A program made the position numbers and the translations under genes. Shown one piece after another: positions 1-11,199 of a stretch of 64,000 nt of DNA; position 1 is the first letter of the stretch; each line of letters opens with the position of its first letter. The notes under the pieces were generated by a model. That model was not told where the DNA came from, ran no database searches, and saw only the letters and a program-made list of their open reading frames with translations. The stretch is from Eledone cirrhosa (taxonomy: Eukaryota): assembly GCA_964016885.1 (NCBI GenBank), contig OZ024742.1, forward strand, positions 240,870,001-240,934,000, written 5' to 3'.

Positions 1-127
1 TTACGATCTGAGTTCAAATCCCGCCGAGGTTGACTTTGCCTTTCATCCTTACGGGGTTGATAAAATAAAGTACCAGTAATGCACTGGGTAATTGCTGGTC
101 TTGTGCCTAAAGTAGAAACAATTATTA
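1..127 (+). mobile_element. tRNA-derived SINE with Nin/Deu-like central domain (5' part outside window)
   Basis: B-box gagttcaaatcc, then gcctttcatccttacggggttgataaaataaagtaccag. Matches the full copy at 48074-48280. Confidence 0.85.
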
Positions 128-168
128 ATATTCGAAAAACTCAGATTACATTTATATATATATATATA

Positions 169-720
169 CGTTAATCCGGGTTGAATCGGAGGTAACCACA
201 GTAAGTAAGGTACTCAATACATAGCAGTGTATAAAAGTTTTAATATAGATGAGATTCTACAGGACTAGAACTGTTTCATTCTTTAGAAATCATCAGGAAT
301 CTGGATATCAAAAAATAAATATGGTATTTATAGGCCTCTTCAGGTGGTAGGAGAGGGTAGGGAGTGGGATGGGTGTAGATCATTGGTTGATAGAAAAGGG
401 AATTCATTAAAAGCTAATTCTTTAAAGCTATAATTTATATTTAGAGTAACAAAGGCAGAACGAATTCTATAAACAAGTTCAGAATGGGGTGCCACTTCTT
501 ATTTTTAAGTTTCACTTAAGCTAACAATGCCTATATTTGAGGTGCTTATAAGATCGTTGGGCGTCAGTCATGGTTGATGGATTTAAAGAAAAGGGAAATT
601 CTTTAAAAGCTAATTCTTTAAGGTTCTACTTAGAGTGACAAAGGCCTAGAGAATTCAATAGACCAGTTCAAAATATTGAGTGCCTGTCATACCATTATCT
701 TCAAGTTTCTCTTAAGCTAT
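169..720 (-). mobile_element. Penelope-like element 3' end/pLTR fragment with hammerhead
   Basis: Abuts (TA)n at 153-168. Minus strand reads HHR, then TTGAGTAC, then terminus. Internal imperfect duplication (about 394-520 vs 588-718). Right boundary approximate. Confidence 0.6.
252..302 (-). ncRNA. Type I hammerhead ribozyme motif
   Basis: Minus strand: agattc-CTGATGA-t-ttct-aa-agaa-t-GAAA-cag-ttctagtc-ctg-TA-gaatct. Stems I, II and III all pair; GUA triplet. Confidence 0.8.
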
Positions 721-1114
721 ATTCCAAATGTCAACAGACACATTCACAAACACACACACACTCACACACACACACACACGCGCACCCCCCCCCCTACACA
801 CACATACTAATCACTAAATCCCAAGTGATTTAATCCTGGTATGTATATAAACATTTCTAACATTACTTTTTACCTAATTATGTATGGTTGACCGTATATT
901 TAATTAATTTCCACGTGCTGTTGAAATGTTGGGTAAATATTCTATAGCGGTTGTACGCGAAGACGCCGCACTGGCGTATTTATTTACTGTCTCTTCATAG
1001 ATGCCTTTTATCGCCTGGTCTAACTGATTTTTTGTGTGGTTAATTATGCTGATTGGGAGTAGAGATGATGTATATATATTATCAAATAATTCTCTGGACA
1101 TGCTTTACTCTATA

Positions 1115-1174
<60 letters not shown>

Positions 1175-1289
1175 TATTTACGTATCGAGAAAGAGAAAAA
1201 AAGGGGAGGATAGGTGATACATATAGTTATTTGCCAAGTAGCGTATTATATATATATAAATCAAGTACGCTGGTTGTATATGTATAAGC

Positions 1290-1365
<76 letters not shown>

Positions 1366-2599
1366 GCTTATACATATACACACAGCGTACTTGATTTTTC
1401 AAGAAGCTGAAAATTTTAATGTTGTCAGCAGAAGTAAATACATTTCCCAGTCAGTTTTTAAAATGAAAACACTTTTAAATGAAATATATGTTGTTCTTTC
1501 TTTATTGGCATGTATCATTACCCATTTTCTTTTCCTTATATTTAATGATAAACTTTTACCTTTTGTAATGGCTAATTCTTGAGTAAAAGTTTCAGGTTTA
1601 TTTCATTTACGTTTTTATAGACCAGGTAATCTTTTTACCAGAATGGTTTGCCTTAAATGACATATTCTATGTATTGCTTTAAAAATATCATATTCAATCT
1701 TAGTTTTTCTTGGTTTATTTAAGGGTAGGTAGAATAATAGTTTGATGTGTGCTATTTTCAGGGAAAGCATGGAACCCTAATAGGACTATGATGAAATGAT
1801 ATTATACGATACTAATGCTTTTCTCAAGAGAAATGAAATGTTTGTTTTCTAGTAGGTTTCGTATCCCTACTAGGGTGTCAGATTTCAGGCAAGTTTCTTC
1901 TTTCTTAAGTTTTTTTTTACTATTACCAGGACAGTGAAAATAAACATGACACAAGAATATTTTACTTAAAATTACTAGAGTAGCAATATAGCGCGGGTTA
2001 TGATAAATGTATATGTACAGACTCCTATCAGTATGTATTTATTTTAGCTATGAAATTAGGCTCCTAAAAGACCTTTTTCAGCAATCTAGGCTGAGGAGCG
2101 AACTGATCAGTTTAATTGTTATTTAACGTCTCCTTTCCAAACTGCCTACGATAGTAGCTGAAGTCTAGTTCTTAACATGTAAAGAAGTATGTCTAGACGT
2201 AAACTCATCTGCATAATGATACAAGACTGGCATCAATAATTACCAATACGAAGTGAGTCATGAATGAATACGTTCAAGGCCTAAACTCCATATATATATT
2301 TTAGTCTCGCTTTGATATGCGAATCACGAGGGCAATTTCGCCTTTTAATTACATGATTAATTTTTGAAGAGACATCATATAATTGATCCAGTATATTAAT
2401 AAGATTATGTTGTTTTATTTTGATTGGGTATAAGTCTAAGAAGCATTATTATGCATATTCTTCACTTCTCTTTTAAATTAAGCCACACATGTTTTGATGT
2501 TATAAACTAACATTTTTGCTTCCTAATGAACAAAACTGATATAACTAAATCGCAATAATTCGCTCTTTTTTGTCAGACTACATTATGCAATGTTTACTT

Positions 2600-2800
2600 T
2601 TATAAAGTGGGAGATTTTCTTGCTATTTCTAGCAGGTTGAGTGACTACGTAGAGAAGCTCAGTTGCTGGCGCGTCGCATTTGTTTGTAGGGGAGGAATAA
2701 ATAGAAATTATGGCGTCCATGCTTTCCCCAGAAGTATTCACAGCATAAGTGTCGTGAATTGGATTCAACCGTTCTTTTAATAGCCGCAGACAAGACAATA
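2600..2800 (-). pseudogene. Possible decayed LINE AP-endonuclease fragment
   Basis: AIISIYSSPTNKCDAPATELLY resembles the APE motif IIxxYAPTN...E.FY. No other support. Confidence 0.3.
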
Positions 2801-3026
2801 GACATGATACGAACAGCGATAAAAAGTTTCTTTGAATACACATACATACTAATACTCATTTGTAACAACAACCACACCAAGATAAAACTACACGAACATT
2901 TCATACAACAGAAAACACAAATTAAACAATAAGGTGTTTACACATGCATACACACACACATACATAATGAACATTGGTGCACATACAGACACATACACAC
3001 ATATGCACACAAAATAGAAACGCACT

Positions 3027-3078
<52 letters not shown>

Positions 3079-3079
3079 G

Positions 3080-3152
<73 letters not shown>

Positions 3153-3776
3153 TATACATACATACATAACGTCCAAATACATAGATGCACACACGCACAC
3201 ACATACACAGAAATACATAAAACATCTTCATATACACTCAACACGCATGTAAATAGAACACGAAAGGTCACAGACTTAACAAATGAGATCAAAGCTAAAC
3301 TACAAGACACAAGGAAGTTAAAAAAAAAGAAGAAAATTAAGCAAGTATACATATAGACCCTCAAAAGATAGGACAAAAACGTGATTGTGACAATAGATAT
3401 CTGAAAAAAGCTCAAGTGTAAAAGGAGAAACAATAAAAAAACATCTTCATAATTACGTTTCGAGAGCGAAACTTTCGAACGAAATAATAGATAAGATATG
3501 TACATAAAGAGACATAAATTTTGTGAATGTCGTATCTCAGGTCGATATGAAGAGAGTAGACTTAAACTCACCTGATGCCTGGATACTTCCATAAACATGG
3601 CATAAAAGTTAACTATAAACAAGCAACGGAAAATCTAATACGGACAGTTGAAGAATCTAAACTAAATGGATAAAACTAGAGGAAAATATCGAGGAAAAAA
3701 AGCTAGGCAAATATTCCCTTATTGATGTTCATTCGTGAAAAAAATCCAAGGAACTTTTCAAACTTCAAAACGTAGA

Positions 3777-4890
3777 TTGAGGTTGTAGTGCATGTGGTAG
3801 TGTATGTGGTAGTGGAGGTTGCAGTGGTGGTGGTAGTAGAGATTGTAGTGGTGGTGGTAGGGGAGATTGTAGTGGTGGTTGTAGTGGAGATTATAGTGGT
3901 GGTTGTAGTGGGGGTTGTAGTGGAGGTAGCAGTGGTGGTGGTAGGAGAGGTTGTAGTGGTGGTAGGGGAGATTGTAGTAGTGGTGGTAGGAGAGATTGTA
4001 GTGGTGGTGGTAGGGGAGACTGTAGTGGTGGTTAGAGTGGAGGTTGTAGTGGAGTTTGTAGAGGTGGTGGTAGGATAGTGGTGGTGGTTGTAGTAGTGGT
4101 TGTAGTGGTGGTTGTAGTGGATTTTGTAGTGGTGGTTGTAGTGGAGGTTGTAGTGGTGGTTGTAGTCATGGTTGTAGTGGGGGTTGTAGTGGGGGTTGTA
4201 GTGGTGGTTGTAGTGGTGGTGGTAGTGGAGGTTGTAGTGGTGGTGGTAGTGGAGGTTGTAGTGGTGGTTGTAGTGGGGGTTGTAATGGTGGTTGTAGTGG
4301 TGGTTGTAGTGGGGGTTGTAGTGGTGGTGGTAGTGGAGGTTGTAGTGGAGGTTGTAGTGGTGGAGGTTGTAGTGGTGGTTGTAGTGGGGGTTGTAATGGT
4401 GGTTGTAGTGGAGGTTGTAGTGGAGGTTGTAGTGATGGTTGTAGTTGGGGTTGTTGTAGTGGTAGTAGTGGAGGTTGTAGTAGTGGTTGTAGTGGTGGTG
4501 GTAGTGGGGGTTGTAGTGGTGGTGGTAGTGGAGGTTGTAGTGGTGGTGGTAGTGGAGGTTATAGTGGAGGTTGTAGTGGAGGTTGTAGTGGAGGTTGTAG
4601 TGGAGGTTGTAGTGGTGGTTGTAGTGAGGGTTGTAGTGGGGGTTGTAGTGGAGGTTGTAGTGGTGGTTGTAGTGGTGGTTGTAGTGGAGGTTGTAGTGGA
4701 GGTTGTAGTGGTGGTTGTAGTGGTGATGGTAGTGGAGGTTGTAGTGGTGGTGGTAATGGAAATGGTAGTGGCGGTTGTAGTGGCGGTTGTAGTGGTGGTA
4801 GTGTGGTAGTGTATGTGGTACTGGAAGTTGTAGTGGTAAGGGAAATGGTATTGGACGTTGTAGTGCAGTTTGTAGTAGAGGTGGTGATGT
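3777..4890. repeat. Compound GTA/GTG/GTT trinucleotide repeat (12-15 bp units such as GTAGTGGAGGTT)
   Basis: Directly visible. Gives poly-Val, HHYN and Thr-rich pseudo-ORFs with register shifts. Confidence 0.9.
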
Positions 4891-5140
4891 GTGACAGCTG
4901 GGGGTATTCAGATTATAGCAGAAATAAGGGAGAAAACTCCTGTAAAAGTTGAAACTGACCAAGTTGAAAAGTTGGCTCAACAGCAAAATTGTCCGCCGTT
5001 CATATCCTATCAAAATACACAAGTTAAGCCTTTAGCATTTAAACCGGCCATATCCGGCCAGAATTCTCTCACTTCTTTTTATTCTAACCGTCCATAACTG
5101 GCGGCTCGTACTTATGTTAATGTATTGTTCTCAAAATAAA

Positions 5141-5324
5141 TAATTGTCTCTACTTTAGGCACAAGGCCAGCAATTACCCAGCGCATTACTGGTACTTTAT
5201 TTTATCGACCCCGTAAGGATGAAAGGCAAAGTCAACCTCGGCGGGATTTGAACTCAGATCGTAAAGGGACGTAACTATGCTGGAAAGCATGGCGTCCGAC
5301 CCTCTACCGATACTGCCAATCCAC
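5141..5324 (-). mobile_element. tRNA-derived Nin-like SINE
   Basis: Reverse complement of the family consensus. TSD ctcaaaataaataat at 5130 and 5325. Confidence 0.9.
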
Positions 5325-5375
5325 CTCAAAATAAATAATATAAACATTTCGCAGATTCGATATCATATGAGATAA

Positions 5376-5566
5376 TTATTGTTTCTACTATTGGCACAAA
5401 GCCAGCAATTATCTCAGTGTATTACTGGTAATTTATTTTATCGACCCCGTAAGGATGAAAGGCAAAGTTAATCTCGGTGGAATTTGAATTCAGACCATAA
5501 AGGGCCGTAACTCTATGCTGCAAAGCATGGCGTCAGACCCGCTACCGATACTGCCAATCCACCGCT
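5376..5566 (-). mobile_element. tRNA-derived Nin-like SINE
   Basis: Same family. TSD tcatatgagataattat at 5363 and 5569. Confidence 0.9.
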
Positions 5567-5865
5567 TTTCATATGAGATAATTATGTGAAATAAAATGTT
5601 TACCGTGAAAATATAATAGTATATATAGAGTAATGTAAAGGCTAAAGGGTTAAGAAGTTCACTTCACAACCACGTGGTTTCAGGTTCGAAAGCAGAGTGG
5701 ACATAACTCTCTAGTACACAAATTCCTTGTGAGTGGAATACTGTCGTAAATATGTAGGTTAAATTTACCTTTCATCCTTTTAGGCTGACAAATAAATTAC
5801 CTGTTCCGTACTGAGCTTAAAGCTTCTTCCAAGGCAGTCCAAAGATTGGAATCGCTAAAAGAGTA

Positions 5866-6036
5866 TATGTATGTATGTATGTATGTATGCATGCATGTAT
5901 GTATGTATGTATGTATGTATGTATGTATGTATGTATGTATGTATGTATGTATGTATGTATGTATGTATGCATGCATGCATGTATGTATGTATGTATGTAT
6001 GTATGTATGTATGTATGTATGTATGTATGTTTGTAT
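5866..6036. repeat. (TATG)n microsatellite
   Basis: Directly visible. Confidence 0.95.
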
Positions 6037-6650
6037 GCAAAGGGCGGAAGAACTCATAAGAGTTAAGGGCCATCCGAAAGTGTGTAAATATGTATATGCA
6101 CATGTACATATGTATGTATATGTATATGTATATGTGTATATACATGGGTGCATGTGTATATATATACGCGGGGACATAGAAATAGTCGGGCTGGACACCC
6201 GATCGCGCGGTTAAACCACTGGGAGTAAAGGACCCCTAGCCTTTGTCAGGGCATTCTTCTAGGAGAAGGCAACTCAGGAAGCTGGGATAACTGCGGCTCA
6301 GTAGTTACCGATGATGTTGATCTTTTCTTCTATTCGGGTTATAGCTACTGTCGCTCAGAGAGTGAGATTGGCTCAGTGCACAGTCTTTCCTCATTTTAAA
6401 AAATAACTTCACGCACAGGCATTGCACGATAGAATTAATTAATAATTATTAATAATGGTATATCGTGCAATGGCCATGCTCGATGACGAGGGGCAGCCAT
6501 TATGTATGCATGTATGTGTGTGTGTTTGTATGTATGTATGTATGTATGTATGTATGTATGTATGTATGTATGTATGTTTGTATGTATGTATGTACGTATG
6601 TATGTATGTGCATGTGTGTATGTATGCATGTATGTATGTATGTATGTATG

Positions 6651-9600
6651 TTTTCTCTTTCTCTTAATTTTGAGTATATTTTTTGACCGGCCACCTTCCT
6701 GGTGGCAAGGTTGTAAAAGAAAAGAAATTGTCATCCCTTGAATCGCAAGAATGTTTTGCAAATTTTGAAGGTGCCAGCTATCGCAGCCATTTGTAGACTA
6801 TGAATTAGGGAGCTGCGCTTTTTGTCCGCAAATCCAAGTTCAGTCATACTTTGGTCCAAGCGGGTTGGTATATAACCCGTAGCACCAATAATGATGGGTA
6901 TGAAGCTAAAGGTGTATCTTGGATACTGGATTTGTAAACTCCTCATCAATGGTCCGTAGATGTCCTCCTTCTCCTGTATTTTTCTGACAACGTTTACATC
7001 AAGTGGGCAGCTGATCTCCACAACAGAACACGTTTTCAATGTGTGGTCCCAAACTACAATATCAGGCCGGTTGTGCTTTAATTTGGTGGCAGTTTTTATT
7101 TTCAGGTTCCACCAGTATTCCTTAGTGCCATCTGTCTCAATATATTCTTCCTCGTTTGTTGTTGATTTTGTTTTCCGAAGTGCGTTCCAGATGGTTCTAG
7201 CTATCCCATCGTGTCTCATGGGGAGGTAGTAGCGAGATGGCATTCTTTCGCAGCTGGCAACAATGTGGCTTACATCCTCGATCTTTGTTTTACATAGCCT
7301 ACATTTATTGTCAGCTGCTGGCCCTCCTCTTTTGTGCAGCAGATATTTGGTAGGGAGTTCTTGTTCCTGTATTGCATAGAGATATCCCTCAAGGTGTGAT
7401 GTCATAAACTTGTCGGAACTCCATGCCAGGCTTTTTGAGTGGTTTATCCCCTCTATGGTCTGTGTTTTACGCCTCAAGTATCCATGCACAACTTTTTCTG
7501 TAAATTGGTCAATTTTTTTTTCTTGTTTGAACATTGAATAGGATCTTCCGATTTCTCTGGGTGAGAGATTTATATCGGGCTTTATTCCATATCTCTCCTC
7601 CAGATCAGTCGCTATTCTAATGATATTTCTTTTTTCATGGTCATAAACCTGGGCAAGATGGTTGCCAACCTTTTTCCTCTGTTGAAGGTGTTGCTTCAGT
7701 GTCACTATCCGGGTCTCATATGTTGTTAATATTGATTTTAGACCCCGGCCACCTTCCTTGCGTGAGAAGTATAGCCTATCCACATCACCATTGATGTTAA
7801 AGTTCCCAGTAACACTGAGAAGTTTTCGAGTTCTAACATCCATCTCACTTAGTTCTTGCAATGACCAGTTCAGTAGGCCAAATGTTGGCGTTAGAATTGG
7901 CACAGCATAAGTATTGTGGGCAATGTATTTGTTGTATGCTGACAGTTCTGATGACCATATTTTCTTTACTCTTCTGAGGTATTCAGTTCTGGTTCTCTCC
8001 TTATTTATGGGTCCATCATATCTGACATTCTCATCCTGTCCAAGATATCTGTAGTAGTCACCTGACTGCAGAGGTTGTATTGTCAGGCCGTTCATCTCTA
8101 GATTTCTAGAGGAGGGCACAGCTCTTCCACGTTTTACTGCCAAATATGCACACTTGGACTCACCAAATTTCATTTTGATGTCGGTTGAAAATTGTGTAAT
8201 GAGGTCCAATTGTTTCTTGATGTCATTGATATTTGGCCCATACAACTTCAGGTCATCAACAAAGAAAAGATGGGAGATACTTCTGGTCCCACTTCTTTGT
8301 CGACCTTGTTTCCTGAGTAGGTAAGATAGTGGATTCAGTGAGAGAACGAAGAGTAGCACTGACAAGCTATCACCCTGAAAGATGCCCTTCTGGTAATGTA
8401 TCTTATCAGTCTTAACCTGCTCCTTCTCACCTCTAAGGATCAAACTGGTGTACCAGTTCTTGGTCAGGCGTTCAACAGCAGCTACCAATGGTTGTGGGAC
8501 TTTAGCTAACTGTAAAGCCTTAACAATCCACCCATGAGGTACACTATCAAATGCTTTTTGATAGTCCAGCCACACGACAGTCATGTTTCTGCGATTCTTT
8601 GTTGTTTTTTCCTGAATCATTTTGTTAGTTAGTAGGTGATCTATGCAACGCCACACCTCCCTCTTTCCACCAGCTTGCTCAGGTGTTATGATGTTGTTGG
8701 TAGCACAGTGATCCTGTAAGAACAGGTTAAGGCACCCAGTATATAATTTATACATGATGTTTTGGCAGGCAATTGGGCGGTAATTTTTAGCAAGGGTGGT
8801 TTGGCTATTTTTGGGAATGAGGAGAGTAGAGGCAGTTGATAACCATCTGGGCAGTTCTTGTGTGCCCTTAATGGTTTCTGTAAACAGCCGTATGAGATCT
8901 TGCCGATAGAAAGTGAAATTCTTCAACCAGTATCCTGTAATGAGGTCTGGGCCTGGCGATTTCCTATTCGACATTTTCTGTAGAGCTGTTTCCAGTATTG
9001 ACCCATCTATGTCATATTGTTTTGTCTGGACATGTTGGCAGTAGTCCTGTTCCAGTTCTTTTAGCCAATTAGCTTGTCTGTTGAATCCGTCATCCGTTTC
9101 CCATACAGATCTCCAGTAGCTCTCAACCTGTTCTTTTGAAGGGGTGTCATTTACAGAGATTGAGCTTTTGCCACCGAAGCTGCGATAAACTGATTTAGGA
9201 TCTCTGGCAAACAATCTATTTAGCACTTGTCGTTTATGTGCTGTTGACTTATATTTTAGTCTTTCTGTTGTAGCTGTGAGTTGTTGTTTCAACTGGTGTA
9301 ATTTGGAGTTCAAAGTTTTAAATTTTGTATCTCCAAATCTTCTCTCTAACTTTTTCTTTAGGTCTTCCTGGTGCTGTGTGAAGTTGCTCTCTATGTTGCA
9401 TTTCATAACGACTGCGATGTGTGAGATACTTCGTCTCAGGGACAAAATTTTGGTTTTTAAATTTCGCATCCACGCTGGTTCAGGCTTTCTGTTTGTATCT
9501 TGATTGCGTGGTTTTAGATGTGTGTTATATGCTAGCAATGTGACAGCTGAAACATATAACAAAACATTAAGCGTTTCAAATGTCGTTTCTACACCTTTAG

Positions 9601-10680
9601 ATCGTATAGCCTTCAGATAATTGCCAGCTATTTCGTTCACCGCTTCCAATTCCAATTTAGTGGGTTCTTTACTGACTCTAGTGTTGTATGGTCTGTCACT
9701 CACATTAAGGCTGTGTATCTCTTGAAACATATCATTCCATATCACTTGTAGGGAGCCCACAAGTTTTTGGTGCTCTGTTTGTTCAGTAGAGTCATGAATT
9801 TCAGCCTCGTTGTTGATGTGGTGACAATTACTACTAGAGTCAGCTGACCTTTCTCGCTGTTCTTCAGTGGAAGTGGGATGAATTTCAGCAAAATTGTTGG
9901 TGAGCTGTTCACTGTTAGATTTAGCTGGCCATTCCCTTTGTCTGTCAGTGGAGGTGGGGTGGTTGTCTACAAGGGCTGTATTTGTAGTATCACTCGATTC
10001 CGTTAGATGTATCAATTTACATCTAATGATACGTTTTGCCTGTTCATTTAAATGCTTTGGAGAAAAGTCTAATTCTGGGTGTTTGGAGTTCCATAAAGTT
10101 TTTAGCCTTTGCATAAAACCGAACTTTTGGGGTTCAGATTGTTTGTATGCTTCATATAATACTTTGTTAAGCTCGTAGGTCCACTGTATACAACGGTTGT
10201 AATTGCGATTTGGTCGAAGGAGACTTGTACTTTTTGCCATGATGAGTTCGTCTATTCACTAATATTTCGTATTTATTTTTCAAAATAGTCGATGATCTTC
10301 TTTAGAAGTTACGACAAAGTTCTGTCAGAATCAAATTTAAAGTTATTCACAGCTTGAGTAATATTTCTTTTCAGTTAGTTTTTAATTCTACAGCTGTGTT
10401 TTATATAAATGTAATATTTCTTTATAAATGTAATATAACAACGTTGCATTTATATGTTAAAGTGTATGTATCGTTCATATATCATAAGTGTATGTATCGT
10501 TCATATAAATAGGTGTTTTACAACACACTTACAGTTCAAACACTTATGTAGAATTATTGTATGTAATCTTACCGCGTAATGTAGCTCAACTTTTTCCAAT
10601 ATATGGTATGTTGCCTTCATGTAAGCCGTAATTACACACGTCCGATTATCGGACACTGACCACAACGGTCGCCATTTTAT
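6651..10680 (-). mobile_element. Full-length RLE non-LTR retrotransposon (R4/Dong-like) inside a (CATA)n tract
   Basis: Single ORF, ~440-bp 5'UTR and ~80-bp 3'UTR with hairpin gccacc-ttcct-ggtggc (6690-6706). Flanked on both sides by TATG repeats (6503-6650, 10683-10885). Confidence 0.9.
6731..10240 (-). CDS. Reverse transcriptase / restriction-like endonuclease polyprotein (1169 aa)
   Basis: RT motifs KSPGPDLI, NYRPIAC, LDYQKAFDSVPH, GIFQGDSLS, FVDDLKLY, YRYLG. CCHC finger CRLCKTKIEDVSHIVASC, then RHD and RLE motif KHNRPDIVVWD...VVEISCP. No stops. Confidence 0.95.
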   Translation of the reverse strand: MAKSTSLLRPNRNYNRCIQWTYELNKVLYEAYKQSEPQKFGFMQRLKTLWNSKHPELDFSPKHLNEQAKRIIRCKLIHLTESSDTTNTALVDNHPTSTDRQREWPAKSNSEQLTNNFAEIHPTSTEEQRERSADSSSNCHHINNEAEIHDSTEQTEHQKLVGSLQVIWNDMFQEIHSLNVSDRPYNTRVSKEPTKLELEAVNEIAGNYLKAIRSKGVETTFETLNVLLYVSAVTLLAYNTHLKPRNQDTNRKPEPAWMRNLKTKILSLRRSISHIAVVMKCNIESNFTQHQEDLKKKLERRFGDTKFKTLNSKLHQLKQQLTATTERLKYKSTAHKRQVLNRLFARDPKSVYRSFGGKSSISVNDTPSKEQVESYWRSVWETDDGFNRQANWLKELEQDYCQHVQTKQYDIDGSILETALQKMSNRKSPGPDLITGYWLKNFTFYRQDLIRLFTETIKGTQELPRWLSTASTLLIPKNSQTTLAKNYRPIACQNIMYKLYTGCLNLFLQDHCATNNIITPEQAGGKREVWRCIDHLLTNKMIQEKTTKNRRNMTVVWLDYQKAFDSVPHGWIVKALQLAKVPQPLVAAVERLTKNWYTSLILRGEKEQVKTDKIHYQKGIFQGDSLSVLLFVLSLNPLSYLLRKQGRQRSGTRSISHLFFVDDLKLYGPNINDIKKQLDLITQFSTDIKMKFGESKCAYLAVKRGRAVPSSRNLEMNGLTIQPLQSGDYYRYLGQDENVRYDGPINKERTRTEYLRRVKKIWSSELSAYNKYIAHNTYAVPILTPTFGLLNWSLQELSEMDVRTRKLLSVTGNFNINGDVDRLYFSRKEGGRGLKSILTTYETRIVTLKQHLQQRKKVGNHLAQVYDHEKRNIIRIATDLEERYGIKPDINLSPREIGRSYSMFKQEKKIDQFTEKVVHGYLRRKTQTIEGINHSKSLAWSSDKFMTSHLEGYLYAIQEQELPTKYLLHKRGGPAADNKCRLCKTKIEDVSHIVASCERMPSRYYLPMRHDGIARTIWNALRKTKSTTNEEEYIETDGTKEYWWNLKIKTATKLKHNRPDIVVWDHTLKTCSVVEISCPLDVNVVRKIQEKEDIYGPLMRSLQIQYPRYTFSFIPIIIGATGYIPTRLDQSMTELGFADKKRSSLIHSLQMAAIAGTFKICKTFLRFKG

Positions 10681-11199
10681 ATATGTGTATGTATGTATGT
10701 ATGTATGTATGTATGTATGTATGTATGTATGTATGTATGTATGTATGTATGTATGTATGCAGGCATGTATGTATGTATGTATGTATGTATGTATGTATGT
10801 ATGTATGTATGCACGCATGAATGTATGTATGTATGCATGTATACATGCATGCATGCATGTATGTATGAATATATGTATGTATGCATAACTGTATGTTTGC
10901 ACGTATTTAAAGACTGCCTGATGGATATTCTGAAGGTCAACACTGAAACATGAGGAAATCCTGGAACAGATAGAGCCCAGTGGTGGAATCTGATTGCTAC
11001 CGGTGTTAAGGCATATGAACAGAAGTGGATGGCCTATACTGAAATGAATCGAACAGTTAAGTATATTGGGGGGGGGGGGGGGGTAATCCGGTTCTGGAAT
11101 CGGGCCTTTAGTTATAGGTATATCTTCTATATCAGGCCTAACCTAACAGGTTAAACAACATCAACAACAACAAAATAGTAACAACAACCATTATGTACT

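Larger units (their letters stand above)
5024..5653. mobile_element. piggyBac-type MITE (TTAA ends) with two nested SINEs
   Basis: Left end ttaagcctttagcattta, right end taaaggctaaagggttaa: imperfect TIR with TTAA at both ends. Confidence 0.65.

Noticed and set aside
3703-5022. 439-aa His/Tyr/Asn- and Thr-rich ORF (mucin or His-rich protein)
   Set aside because: Trinucleotide repeat that is open in several frames with register shifts; no non-repetitive domain or consistent splice support.
6190-6500. Possible RTE-type 5' UTR fragment with a short inverted repeat (cattgcacgata/tatcgtgcaatg)
   Set aside because: Resemblance is too weak to assign from sequence alone.
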